Source of the DNA: an uncultured Gammaproteobacteria bacterium
GTDB taxonomy: Bacteria > Pseudomonadota > Gammaproteobacteria > JAGOUU01
NCBI GenBank assembly: GCA_964353115.1
Contig: CAYGUI010000001.1
Coordinates: 13,417 to 77,416 of the forward strand
Length of the DNA stretch: 64,000 nucleotides
Reading direction: 5' to 3'
Shown: positions 53,951-62,580 of the stretch, one piece after another
How the letters are laid out: every line of letters starts with the position of its first letter
Position numbering within the stretch: the first letter of the stretch is position 1
Notes under the pieces: generated by a model
Told to the model about the DNA's origin: nothing
Database searches by the model: none
What the model saw: only the letters and a program-made list of their open reading frames with translations
Position numbers and translations under genes: made by a program

Positions 53951-54624
53951 AAATTCTAATAGTCGAAGACGAAGATACCATACGCCAGCAGCTAACCGAT
54001 TTTTTTACTGAGCAAAAATTTGTAGTTGATGCGCGGGCAAATGCTGAAGAGGGTTTTTATATGGCGCAAGAGTTTGAATATGATGCTCTTATTGTCGATT
54101 TAAATTTGCCAAAAATGCAAGGTATAGATTTAATTAAAAAAATTCGTAAAAACGACAAAAAATATCCGGTTTTAGTATTAACTGCTCGTGATTTGTGGCA
54201 AAACAAAGTTGAAGTCTTAGATGCTGGCGCTGATGACTATGTAACCAAGCCATTTCATATGGAAGAAATTTTAGCGCGCGTAAATGCTTTAATTCGTCGT
54301 GATAAAAATTTAAAAAATAAGTCATTAAAGGCTGAAGGTATAGAATTTGACTTAGAGCGTCATAAGCTAATAGTTGATAATAAAGATGTAGCTTTGACAG
54401 CCTTGGAATTTAAAATTTTAAGATATTTGATGTTAAATTCAGAAAAAGTTATATCACGTAATACTTTGCTTGATTATATTTATCCCGATGGTGATTATAA
54501 AGAAAGTAATGTCTTAGACGTGTGTATTAGCAGATTACGTTCAAAGTTAGATCCAACAGGAGAGCGCAAAATAATTGAAACTATTAGAGGGGCGGGATAT
54601 CGTTTTAATGCGCCTTTAATTTGA
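53947..54624 (+). CDS. phoP: OmpR/PhoB-family response regulator (PhoP-like)
   Basis: Receiver domain (ILIVEDE...DLNLPKMQG...VLVLTARD) and winged-helix DNA-binding domain. Confidence 0.85.
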   Translation: MKILIVEDEDTIRQQLTDFFTEQKFVVDARANAEEGFYMAQEFEYDALIVDLNLPKMQGIDLIKKIRKNDKKYPVLVLTARDLWQNKVEVLDAGADDYVTKPFHMEEILARVNALIRRDKNLKNKSLKAEGIEFDLERHKLIVDNKDVALTALEFKILRYLMLNSEKVISRNTLLDYIYPDGDYKESNVLDVCISRLRSKLDPTGERKIIETIRGAGYRFNAPLI

Positions 54625-54634
54625 TAATAAATAT

Positions 54635-55975
54635 ATGAAAATTTTTCGAACCCTACGGCAAAGAATTTTAGTATCCTCAATAATTATAATAGCAATTTTT
54701 CTAGCATTATCTGCTTTAGCAGTGATGGAAGTTTATAATAAACAGCTTCGTCATAAGGTTTATCTGCGCTTAGATAGCATGATGTTAGATTTAGTAAGTG
54801 CAGTTGATATCAAATCATCGCGTGATATAAATGTAAATTTTAAACGCATGGATGATAGGTTAACGCGTGCAAATACGGGTTTCTATGCTGTTATTGAAAA
54901 AGAGAATAAGATTCTATGGCGCTCGCCATCAACTCCAGAATTTTTTGATTATAAAATTAATGCTACAGACGGCGTTGAAATCAATAAAGCTATAACAAGC
55001 TCAAATCAAAATTTATATGCTTTAATTCATGGTATATTTTTTCGTGATATTACTGGTAAAAAAACAGATTACACCTTTATAGTTGCTGAGCCTTATAGTG
55101 TTTATCAGGGAGAGGTATTATTATTTAGAAATAATTTGTTTTTGGGTTTGGGGCTTGTAACTTTATTTGTTTTATTTTTACAGTATTTTGTATTAAAAAT
55201 TGGCCTAATTCCATTGAATAAAATAGTCGAAGAAGTTCAAGACATAAAAAATACTAAACGCGATTATTTAAGCTCAGATTATCCAGAAGAGTTGCAAAAG
55301 CATGCCGATTTAATAAATGCTCTGTTAGAGCAAGAGCGTGGTAATAAAATTCGTTATAAAAATTCACTAGGAGATTTAGCTCACAGTTTAAAAACTCCGC
55401 TTGCGATAATTAAAAATACTATATCTGACTTAGGAAAAGGCGAGAATATTAAAATAATTTCAGATCAAGTTTTAGATTTATCAAAATTAATCGAATATCA
55501 TTTAAAAAGGGCAGCCCAAGCAAATAAAAATATTTTTAAAAAGCCCATAAGAATTAATAAAGAAGCTGAAAAAGTAATAAATGCACTAATCAAAGTTTAC
55601 AATAAGAAAAATATTTATTGTGAATATGATATTGATAAAAATATTAAGTTTTACGGTGATAAAGATGATTTTGTCGAAGTTTTAGGTAATTTATTAGACA
55701 ATGCTTACAAATGGGCTGAAGGTACTATTTTTGTTAATGTTGTTAATTCTAGTGATAATAGCAAAATAATTATTGAAATAGCTGATGATGGCCCTGGGAT
55801 TCCTAAAACGCTAGTTGCCAATATTTTAGAGCGTGGGGCACGGCACGATAAAAATGTTGCAGGGCATGGTATTGGTATGGCGATTGTAAAAGATATAGTT
55901 AATTCTTATCATGGAGAGATAGAAATCAGTAGTTCTTTAGAGCTTGGTGGCGCAAGGATTGTCGTAGTATTATAG
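54635..55975 (+). CDS. phoQ: Sensor histidine kinase, PhoQ-like
   Basis: Two TM helices flanking a ~135-aa periplasmic domain, HAMP, H-box LAHSLKTPLAII, N/G boxes DDFVEVLGNLLDNAYKWA...GGARIVVVL closely resembling E. coli PhoQ. Confidence 0.75.
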   Translation: MKIFRTLRQRILVSSIIIIAIFLALSALAVMEVYNKQLRHKVYLRLDSMMLDLVSAVDIKSSRDINVNFKRMDDRLTRANTGFYAVIEKENKILWRSPSTPEFFDYKINATDGVEINKAITSSNQNLYALIHGIFFRDITGKKTDYTFIVAEPYSVYQGEVLLFRNNLFLGLGLVTLFVLFLQYFVLKIGLIPLNKIVEEVQDIKNTKRDYLSSDYPEELQKHADLINALLEQERGNKIRYKNSLGDLAHSLKTPLAIIKNTISDLGKGENIKIISDQVLDLSKLIEYHLKRAAQANKNIFKKPIRINKEAEKVINALIKVYNKKNIYCEYDIDKNIKFYGDKDDFVEVLGNLLDNAYKWAEGTIFVNVVNSSDNSKIIIEIADDGPGIPKTLVANILERGARHDKNVAGHGIGMAIVKDIVNSYHGEIEISSSLELGGARIVVVL

Positions 55976-55980
55976 TTTCT

Positions 55981-56035
55981 GGATTCCCGCCTTCGCGGGA
56001 ATGACGGTAGTATTAGCGGGAATCCAGAAATTACA
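55981..56035. repeat. Palindromic repeat element after phoQ
   Basis: ggattcccgccttcgcgggaatgacg palindrome plus partial unit agcgggaatccagaaattac. Confidence 0.8.
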
Positions 56036-56054
56036 AATTTTTCAATGAGATTTT

Positions 56055-56576
56055 ATGTTTAAAAATATTTATCAAAAAATAGCCGCTCTAACGCGTCATA
56101 AATATGCTGTTTGGATGCTAGTTGGGTTAAGCTTTCTAGAGTCTTGCGTTTCACCATTAACACCAATGGTTTTGTTAATTCCCATGTGTTTAGCAAGTCC
56201 AAAGAAAAGCTGGCGTTATGCAATTATTGCAACTGTAGCTGCTCTTTTTGGTTCGATACTTGGTTACTTAATTGGACATTTTTTAATTAGCTTTTTAATG
56301 CCGTTTATTGAGTCTCACGGTTATCTAAATTCTTACAATACAGCTGTTGATTGGTTTCATACTTGGGGATTGTGGGTGATGTTTCCGGCGAGTTTGATTA
56401 TTTTTCCGCCTTATAAATTTTTTACTATTGCTGCAGGCGTTGTTAGCGTTAAATTTGTACCGTTTTTATTTGTAGTTCTTGCTGCGCGTTTTGCGCACTT
56501 TGCTTTGGTTCCGCTTCTTATGATGTTTCACAAAGCTTCATGGCTGCAGAGTTGGGAAGAGAAGCATTTGGAGTAA
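56055..56576 (+). CDS. DedA/YqaA-family (VTT-domain) membrane protein
   Basis: 173 aa, 4-5 TM helices, YqaA-like hydrophobic pattern. Confidence 0.55.
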   Translation: MFKNIYQKIAALTRHKYAVWMLVGLSFLESCVSPLTPMVLLIPMCLASPKKSWRYAIIATVAALFGSILGYLIGHFLISFLMPFIESHGYLNSYNTAVDWFHTWGLWVMFPASLIIFPPYKFFTIAAGVVSVKFVPFLFVVLAARFAHFALVPLLMMFHKASWLQSWEEKHLE

Positions 56577-56657
56577 CCTCCTGTGCCGCTTTAACGGACT
56601 TATTCAAACCTACTCATAGTAAGTCTGCGCCGATTTCCTGATTCACTGAGGACGGTT

Positions 56658-57176
56658 TCACACAGAAGCAAAAACTTCTGTGCCAGAGCCTTCCTCTCCA
56701 ACAGGCTTAAAATCCGGAGAAGCTCCCCGTACCGTAACTATATAAAAATATTTTAATAAATTCAAAGCTGCATTTAAGTCTCGCTCAAGCCAATTAGAGC
56801 AATTGGGACACTGCCAAGACCTATCTGATAACTTTAAATCATCATTTTTATTATCACAATTATGACAAATTTTACTTGAAGCAAAAAATCTATCAGCTAT
56901 TACTAATTTTCTTGCGTACCATTTGCATTTATACTCAAGCTGGCGACGAAATTCGTAAAAACCACAGTCCATAATATGGCGTGATAATCGACGATTTTTT
57001 ATCATACCTTTGACATTTAAATTTTCTATGCAGATGCCAGAAAAATTTTTTACTAGGTCAAAAGTCAACTTGTGTAATGTATCAACTCTAATGTTAGCAA
57101 TACGAGCATGCAGCTTCGCTAATTTAAGCTTAGCCTTCGCACGATTACTGCCTTTAGATTTAGTACGGCGTGATAA
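56658..57176 (-). pseudogene. tnpB: IS200/IS605-family tnpB, C-terminal 173 codons only, truncated at the IS3 insertion point
   Basis: Translation ...KLAKLHARIANIRVDTLHKLTFDLVKNFSGICIENLNVKGM...CHNCDN...CPNCSN...RDLNAALNL gives the TnpB RuvC-II, zinc-finger and RuvC-III regions. The reading frame is open up to nt 57176, the first base outside the IS3 inverted repeat. Confidence 0.75.
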
Positions 57177-57191
57177 TGATCTATCCCCAAA

Positions 57192-58022
57192 TTAATGGAC
57201 ACTACCTGCACGTTTAAAATAATTCATTTTATTCTCAAACTCAACTGGAATTTCGTAATTAATTGCTGAATGACGTCGCTCACGGTTGTAATAGACCTCA
57301 ATATATTCAAAAATACTTTTTTCTGCTTCATCTCTAGTTTTATATTTTTGATTATAAATTAATTCAACTTTTAACGTGTGAAAAAAGCTTTCTGTAACAG
57401 CATTATCCCAACAATTACCGCGGCGACTCATGCTGCAAATTAATCTAGAGTTTTTAAGCAAATTTTGATAAAAATTAGAGCAATACTGGCTTCCGCGATC
57501 AGAGTGTACAATCGTGCCCTTTGGGAACTTTCTTCTCCATAAGGCCATTTTTAGAGCACTCGCAACTAAATATTTATCAATTTTTTTGCTTAATGCCCAA
57601 CCAATTACTTGGCGTGAATATAAATCGATCATTACAGCTAAATATAACCAGCCTTCATTAGTCTGCACATAACTAATATCAGATACCCATTTTTGATTTA
57701 TCCCAGTAGTAGTAAAATCCCGATTTAAGATATTTTCAGCAACTGGTAAATTATATTTAGAATCAGTTGTTACCTTAAATTTGCGCTTATGATGCGTTTT
57801 TAAACCAAGTTTTTTCATTCTTCGATGAATTTTATTTTTATTAGCTTTAAGCTCCTTAGCTATCCTTAAACAGCCGTAACGTCGTTTATTTTTGATAAAG
57901 ATTTTTATAATTTCTTTATCAAAATTATCATTATTAATCGCTCTTAAACTTGGCTTTTTATGAAGCCAAATATAATATCCGCTACGACTTACGCTTAAAA
58001 CTTTACACTTGGTCTTTTGCAA
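57192..58022 (-). CDS. IS3-family transposase OrfB (integrase catalytic core, DDE)
   Basis: rve-domain motifs (WVSDISYV, HSDRGSQYCS) giving D, D(35)E spacing. Confidence 0.85.
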   Translation of the reverse strand: MQKTKCKVLSVSRSGYYIWLHKKPSLRAINNDNFDKEIIKIFIKNKRRYGCLRIAKELKANKNKIHRRMKKLGLKTHHKRKFKVTTDSKYNLPVAENILNRDFTTTGINQKWVSDISYVQTNEGWLYLAVMIDLYSRQVIGWALSKKIDKYLVASALKMALWRRKFPKGTIVHSDRGSQYCSNFYQNLLKNSRLICSMSRRGNCWDNAVTESFFHTLKVELIYNQKYKTRDEAEKSIFEYIEVYYNRERRHSAINYEIPVEFENKMNYFKRAGSVH

Positions 58023-58290
58023 AGTACGCTGTTGCCTTTTTTAAGATCTCACGCTCCTGCTCAGCACGAGCTAATGCTTTGGTTAATCTGCGATTTTCAG
58101 CCAATAGGGCCTCCAAATCTAGAGCCTTCGGCTTGCTTGGTTTTATAGAATATTTACCAACCCATTTATGTAAAGTAGTGGCTGGAACTCCCAAACTACG
58201 TGCTGCATCAGCGATAGATGGGCATGTTACTGCAAATTCAGCAGAAGATTTCATAAATTCTTCTGTATATACTCGTCTTTCTTTAGTCAT
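58003..58290 (-). CDS. IS3-family transposase OrfA (HTH)
   Basis: 95 aa; HTH and leucine-zipper-like C-terminus typical of IS3 OrfA. Confidence 0.85.
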   Translation of the reverse strand: MTKERRVYTEEFMKSSAEFAVTCPSIADAARSLGVPATTLHKWVGKYSIKPSKPKALDLEALLAENRRLTKALARAEQEREILKKATAYFAKDQV

Positions 58291-58602
58291 GTGAACACCT
58301 TTTTATGTTAGATAGATTTTAACATTTTTGTGTCCATTTTTTTAGGGATAGATCACTTCAAGAATGCTAAGAAAAACGTTTCCAAAAGCTATTAACAAAA
58401 TCTACTGGAAAAATATTCTTTGGTCACCAAGCTATTTTGCCGGGAGTTGCGGTGGGGCGCCATTACACATTATTAAAAGATATATTCAAAACCAAAAATC
58501 TCCACTATAATCTTTTAAAAGGTGTGCCTTATATCACCTCCCTGAAGGAAGGTGTCTTACGGCACGTATGATAAAATAATACCCATGCTCAAAAAAATCC
58601 AT

Positions 58603-60624
58603 ATGAAAAAACGTCCTATTCATTTAATTATTACTTTTACATTCATACTGTTTACATTCTTTGTTTCCTACATATTTGGATCTGATATCAGTAGCGGTAG
58701 TAAAGTTGTTCAAAATGATGGCAGCTGGGACATAAAAAAAACATTTAACACCAAAAGAATTAATAGCGCTTCAGTTTCACCTGATAACAAATATGTAATA
58801 ACATCAATAAGTACGGCAAACATAACAAAAAACAATTGGGATAATGAAGTATATTTAATTAACATCAAGAACAAAAAAACTATTAAATTAAATGTTGAAC
58901 AAGATGAGTCATTAGTTTCATATACTCCAGATCCAGACTATTTTTCATTTGTAAAAATCACCGATAAAGCAAACACTCTTTATGTGAAAGGGATAACACA
59001 AGAAGCTGCAAGGGAGGTATATACAACAAGTTATGGCGATATTGTTAACTACAAATGGTCGCCAGATTTCAAGCAAGTGGCACTCATTATTATGCCAAAA
59101 CCAGGTACTTCAAAAAAACCATATGATGCGTATAACAAAAAACTAATCATTGTAAACCTTGATAATAATAAGTCATTTACTATTGCAAAAATAAATGATT
59201 TAAAAAAATTTGATATTGATACAGTTATAGATTGGCATCCAACAAAACCGTTATTAGCCTTTGCTTTTACAAAAGACCATGCACATTATCAATTAGCCAC
59301 GATAAACACTAACACCCATGATATTAACACTTATACGCAAGAAGTAGGAATATATAAAAATCCATTCTTTTCTCATGATGGTACTTTTATCGCTTATACA
59401 TCGAATACAAATTTAGTAAAACCTGAAGAACCAGACATAAGCTATGCATCAGATTATGCAAGCTCATCCTATATTTGCTTATTAAGTATGACAAATAATA
59501 CCAGTCACTGCCTCAATTCTACTCCTGATAATGGTCCCACCATTATTGGTTGGCAAGATAACAGTGCTATTTACTTCTATGAGTTTTATCATACTACAAT
59601 TGCAGTATACAAATACGATCTAAAGCATAATAAAATTATCAGACAAAAAGTAGATGAAACAATTTTCCCCCTAATAATCACTAAAACCAGTGAAAATTTA
59701 GTGTTTGTTGCAAGCAGTTACACTAAAGCACCTGAGATCTACTATTCTGCACTTAACCCATTTAAACCGAAGCAAATTAGTCAATTCCAGACAAATACTA
59801 ATAGCGTTAGCTCTAAGACAATTTCTATAAGCTGGAAAGGTTATGGGCAACAAGAAGTTGAAGGACTGTTAACATTACCAGCTACATTTAACCCAGATAA
59901 ACCTCCTCCACTACTTATTGCTTTACATGGGGGACCTACTGGAATATGGGTTAACGACTATGTGGGAATACCTCTTTATTATGCAGGGCCTATTTGCATG
60001 ACTTGTTTAGCTGAAAACGGTATTGCTGTATTTCGCCCCAATGTACATGGAAGTATTGGCTATGGTAAAAAATTTAGATTATCCAACTACAAAAAATTAG
60101 GGATTGCTGACTATGCTGATATTATCACCGGCTTGGATTATCTCATTGCCAATAAATATGCTGATAAAAATAAATTGGCGATTTGGGGCTGGAGTTATGG
60201 TGGTTATTTAACTGCTGTAACCCTGACTAAAACAGATCGTTTTAAAGTAGGCATTGTTGGCGCTGGACCAGTTGACTTAAGAACGATAGAGTCACAATCC
60301 ACCACTTCCTACCCCATGGGATTTTATTCTGCTTATTTAGGTAGTCATTTTTGGGAAAATTTTTCCCTTTGGTCGGAACTCTCGCCTGTGAATTACGTTA
60401 CTAACATTAATACTCCCACATTAGTACAAATTGGAGAGGAGGATAAAGTCGTACCTATATCACAAGCTTATGAACTTTATTACCCACTAAAAATGCTAAA
60501 TAAAGATACAGATATGATTGTTTATTCTGGTCAAGATCATAATTTTTCTAGTCCAAAACAACTATACGATGCTACGCAAGATATGCAAAATTGGGTCTTT
60601 AAATATATTATGAAAAAACCATGA
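58603..60624 (+). CDS. S9-family serine peptidase (prolyl oligopeptidase / dipeptidyl aminopeptidase type) with N-terminal beta-propeller
   Basis: Catalytic nucleophile motif GWSYGG, downstream Asp and His (GQDHNF) in alpha/beta-hydrolase order; N-terminal signal/TM segment MKKRPIHLIITFTFILF. The ORF track starts at GTG 58552. Confidence 0.8.
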   Translation: MKKRPIHLIITFTFILFTFFVSYIFGSDISSGSKVVQNDGSWDIKKTFNTKRINSASVSPDNKYVITSISTANITKNNWDNEVYLINIKNKKTIKLNVEQDESLVSYTPDPDYFSFVKITDKANTLYVKGITQEAAREVYTTSYGDIVNYKWSPDFKQVALIIMPKPGTSKKPYDAYNKKLIIVNLDNNKSFTIAKINDLKKFDIDTVIDWHPTKPLLAFAFTKDHAHYQLATINTNTHDINTYTQEVGIYKNPFFSHDGTFIAYTSNTNLVKPEEPDISYASDYASSSYICLLSMTNNTSHCLNSTPDNGPTIIGWQDNSAIYFYEFYHTTIAVYKYDLKHNKIIRQKVDETIFPLIITKTSENLVFVASSYTKAPEIYYSALNPFKPKQISQFQTNTNSVSSKTISISWKGYGQQEVEGLLTLPATFNPDKPPPLLIALHGGPTGIWVNDYVGIPLYYAGPICMTCLAENGIAVFRPNVHGSIGYGKKFRLSNYKKLGIADYADIITGLDYLIANKYADKNKLAIWGWSYGGYLTAVTLTKTDRFKVGIVGAGPVDLRTIESQSTTSYPMGFYSAYLGSHFWENFSLWSELSPVNYVTNINTPTLVQIGEEDKVVPISQAYELYYPLKMLNKDTDMIVYSGQDHNFSSPKQLYDATQDMQNWVFKYIMKKP

Positions 60625-60710
60625 AGTACGGGTCCTGCCAGGGCCGTCCGGCCAACGTTAGAGAAAAAACTCTCTAAGGAAATCACCTGCTGCGCCTGAA
60701 GATGGTGGAG

Positions 60711-61889
60711 TGATCTATCCCCAAATTAATGGACACTACCTGCACGTTTAAAATAATTCATTTTATTCTCAAACTCAACTGGAATTTCGTAATTAATTGC
60801 TGAATGACGTCGCTCACGGTTGTAATAGACCTCAATATATTCAAAAATACTTTTTTCTGCTTCATCTCTAGTTTTATATTTTTGATTATAAATTAATTCA
60901 ACTTTTAACGTGTGAAAAAAGCTTTCTGTAACAGCATTATCCCAACAATTACCGCGGCGACTCATGCTGCAAATTAATCTAGAGTTTTTAAGCAAATTTT
61001 GATAAAAATTAGAGCAATACTGGCTTCCGCGATCAGAGTGTACAATCGTGCCCTTTGGGAACTTTCTTCTCCATAAGGCCATTTTTAGAGCACTCGCAAC
61101 TAAATATTTATCAATTTTTTTGCTTAATGCCCAACCAATTACTTGGCGTGAATATAAATCGATCATTACAGCTAAATATAACCAGCCTTCATTAGTCTGC
61201 ACATAACTAATATCAGATACCCATTTTTGATTTATCCCAGTAGTAGTAAAATCCCGATTTAAGATATTTTCAGCAACTGGTAAATTATATTTAGAATCAG
61301 TTGTTACCTTAAATTTGCGCTTATGATGCGTTTTTAAACCAAGTTTTTTCATTCTTCGATGAATTTTATTTTTATTAGCTTTAAGCTCCTTAGCTATCCT
61401 TAAACAGCCGTAACGTCGTTTATTTTTGATAAAGATTTTTATAATTTCTTTATCAAAATTATCATTATTAATCGCTCTTAAACTTGGCTTTTTATGAAGC
61501 CAAATATAATATCCGCTACGACTTACGCTTAAAACTTTACACTTGGTCTTTTGCAAAGTACGCTGTTGCCTTTTTTAAGATCTCACGCTCCTGCTCAGCA
61601 CGAGCTAATGCTTTGGTTAATCTGCGATTTTCAGCCAATAGGGCCTCCAAATCTAGAGCCTTCGGCTTGCTTGGTTTTATAGAATATTTACCAACCCATT
61701 TATGTAAAGTAGTGGCTGGAACTCCCAAACTACGTGCTGCATCAGCGATAGATGGGCATGTTACTGCAAATTCAGCAGAAGATTTCATAAATTCTTCTGT
61801 ATATACTCGTCTTTCTTTAGTCATGTGAACACCTTTTTATGTTAGATAGATTTTAACATTTTTGTGTCCATTTTTTTAGGGATAGATCA
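60711..61889 (-). mobile_element. IS3-family insertion sequence, copy 2 (1179 bp, identical to copy 1)
   Basis: Same inverted repeats and identical OrfA/OrfB translations (61537-61824 and 60726-61556). Same orientation as copy 1. Confidence 0.85.
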
Positions 61890-62040
61890 CCCCCCCGGCG
61901 CTGACGCGCCGACCCCCTTTAAGAAAGGGGGTGTGTATCTCCCTTTTTGTAAAGGGGAGCTGTCGGCAAGAAAGGGGGTGTGTATCTCCCCTTTTGTAAA
62001 GGGGAGATGTCGGCGCAGCCGACAGAGGGGTTTTTGCCGG
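61890..62040. repeat. GC-rich block of tandem hairpin repeats (~45-bp unit x2 plus flanking palindromes)
   Basis: aagaaagggggtgtgtatctccc(c)ttttgtaaaggggag(a/c)tgtcggc occurs twice. Palindromes ggcgc-tgac-gcgcc and gtcggc-gca-gccgac present. GC content far above the surrounding ~35%. Confidence 0.7.
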
Positions 62041-62041
62041 G

Positions 62042-62560
62042 TTAATACCTCTCAATCGACGCTAAAATCTCTTTCTTAGTCTCTTCAAGTCCAACCCAAT
62101 TTTCAACTTTAACCCATTTACCTTCTTCCAGGTCTTTATAATGCTCAAAGAAGTGCTTAATTTGCTTTAATAAAAGCTCAGGAGCATCTTTATAGTCTTT
62201 CATGTGATTATACATTGGACATATTTTAGATACCGGCACCGCTAAAATTTTACAGTCAACTCCAGATTCATCTGTCATTCTTAGCATACCAAGTGGACGG
62301 CAACGAATAACTGAGCCTGGAATAACAGGAAATGGAGTAATAACAAGAACATCAGTCGGATCACCATCTTCTGCTAAAGTTTGTGGAATATAGCCATAAT
62401 TGCATGGATAATGCATGCAAGTATTCATAAATCTGTCGACAAAAATAGCTCCAGTTTCTTTATCAACTTCGTATTTTATAGGATCTTGATAGGCTGGAAT
62501 TTCGATAATTACATTAATATCTTCAGGGGGATTTTTTCCTGGTTGAATTTTGGTAAACAT
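62042..62560 (-). CDS. ppa: Inorganic pyrophosphatase
   Basis: Start taken at [23 protein letters not shown] (aligns with E. coli Ppa N-terminus); DxDxD metal site present. Confidence 0.9.
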   Translation of the reverse strand: MFTKIQPGKNPPEDINVIIEIPAYQDPIKYEVDKETGAIFVDRFMNTCMHYPCNYGYIPQTLAEDGDPTDVLVITPFPVIPGSVIRCRPLGMLRMTDESGVDCKILAVPVSKICPMYNHMKDYKDAPELLLKQIKHFFEHYKDLEEGKWVKVENWVGLEETKKEILASIERY

Positions 62561-62580
62561 AGTAGAATGTCTCACTTATT

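Larger units (their letters stand above)
57177..58355 (-). mobile_element. IS3-family insertion sequence, copy 1 (1179 bp)
   Basis: Terminal inverted repeats TGATCTATCCC...GGGATAGATCA. orfA (58003-58290, HTH) and orfB (57192-58022, DDE integrase core) overlap at the slippery heptamer A-AAA-AAG (58036-58042, minus strand). Confidence 0.85.

Noticed and set aside
57010-57195. 61-aa plus-strand ORF upstream of IS3 copy 1
   Set aside because: It overlaps the tnpB remnant on the opposite strand; the tnpB reading frame gives a clear family match while this one does not.
57950-58294. 114-aa plus-strand ORF antisense to IS3 orfA (duplicated at 61484-61828)
   Set aside because: Identical in both copies only because the IS is duplicated. 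It lies antisense to the conserved OrfA HTH and has no similarity to known IS-encoded proteins.
58356-58551. Possible tRNA fragment or N-terminal tnpB remnant between IS3 copy 1 and the peptidase gene (…gccgggagttgcggtggggcgcca…)
   Set aside because: No T-arm or anticodon-arm structure could be built. Reverse-strand translations show no TnpB RuvC-I/WED similarity. It is more likely the peptidase promoter/leader.
61864-62079. 71-aa ORF across the GC-rich hairpin block
   Set aside because: Its translation is simply the repeat read in one frame (Gly/Pro/Arg-rich, repeated KGGVYLP/FCKGE). There is no RBS, and it overlaps the ppa 3' end. It is treated as a non-coding repeat.
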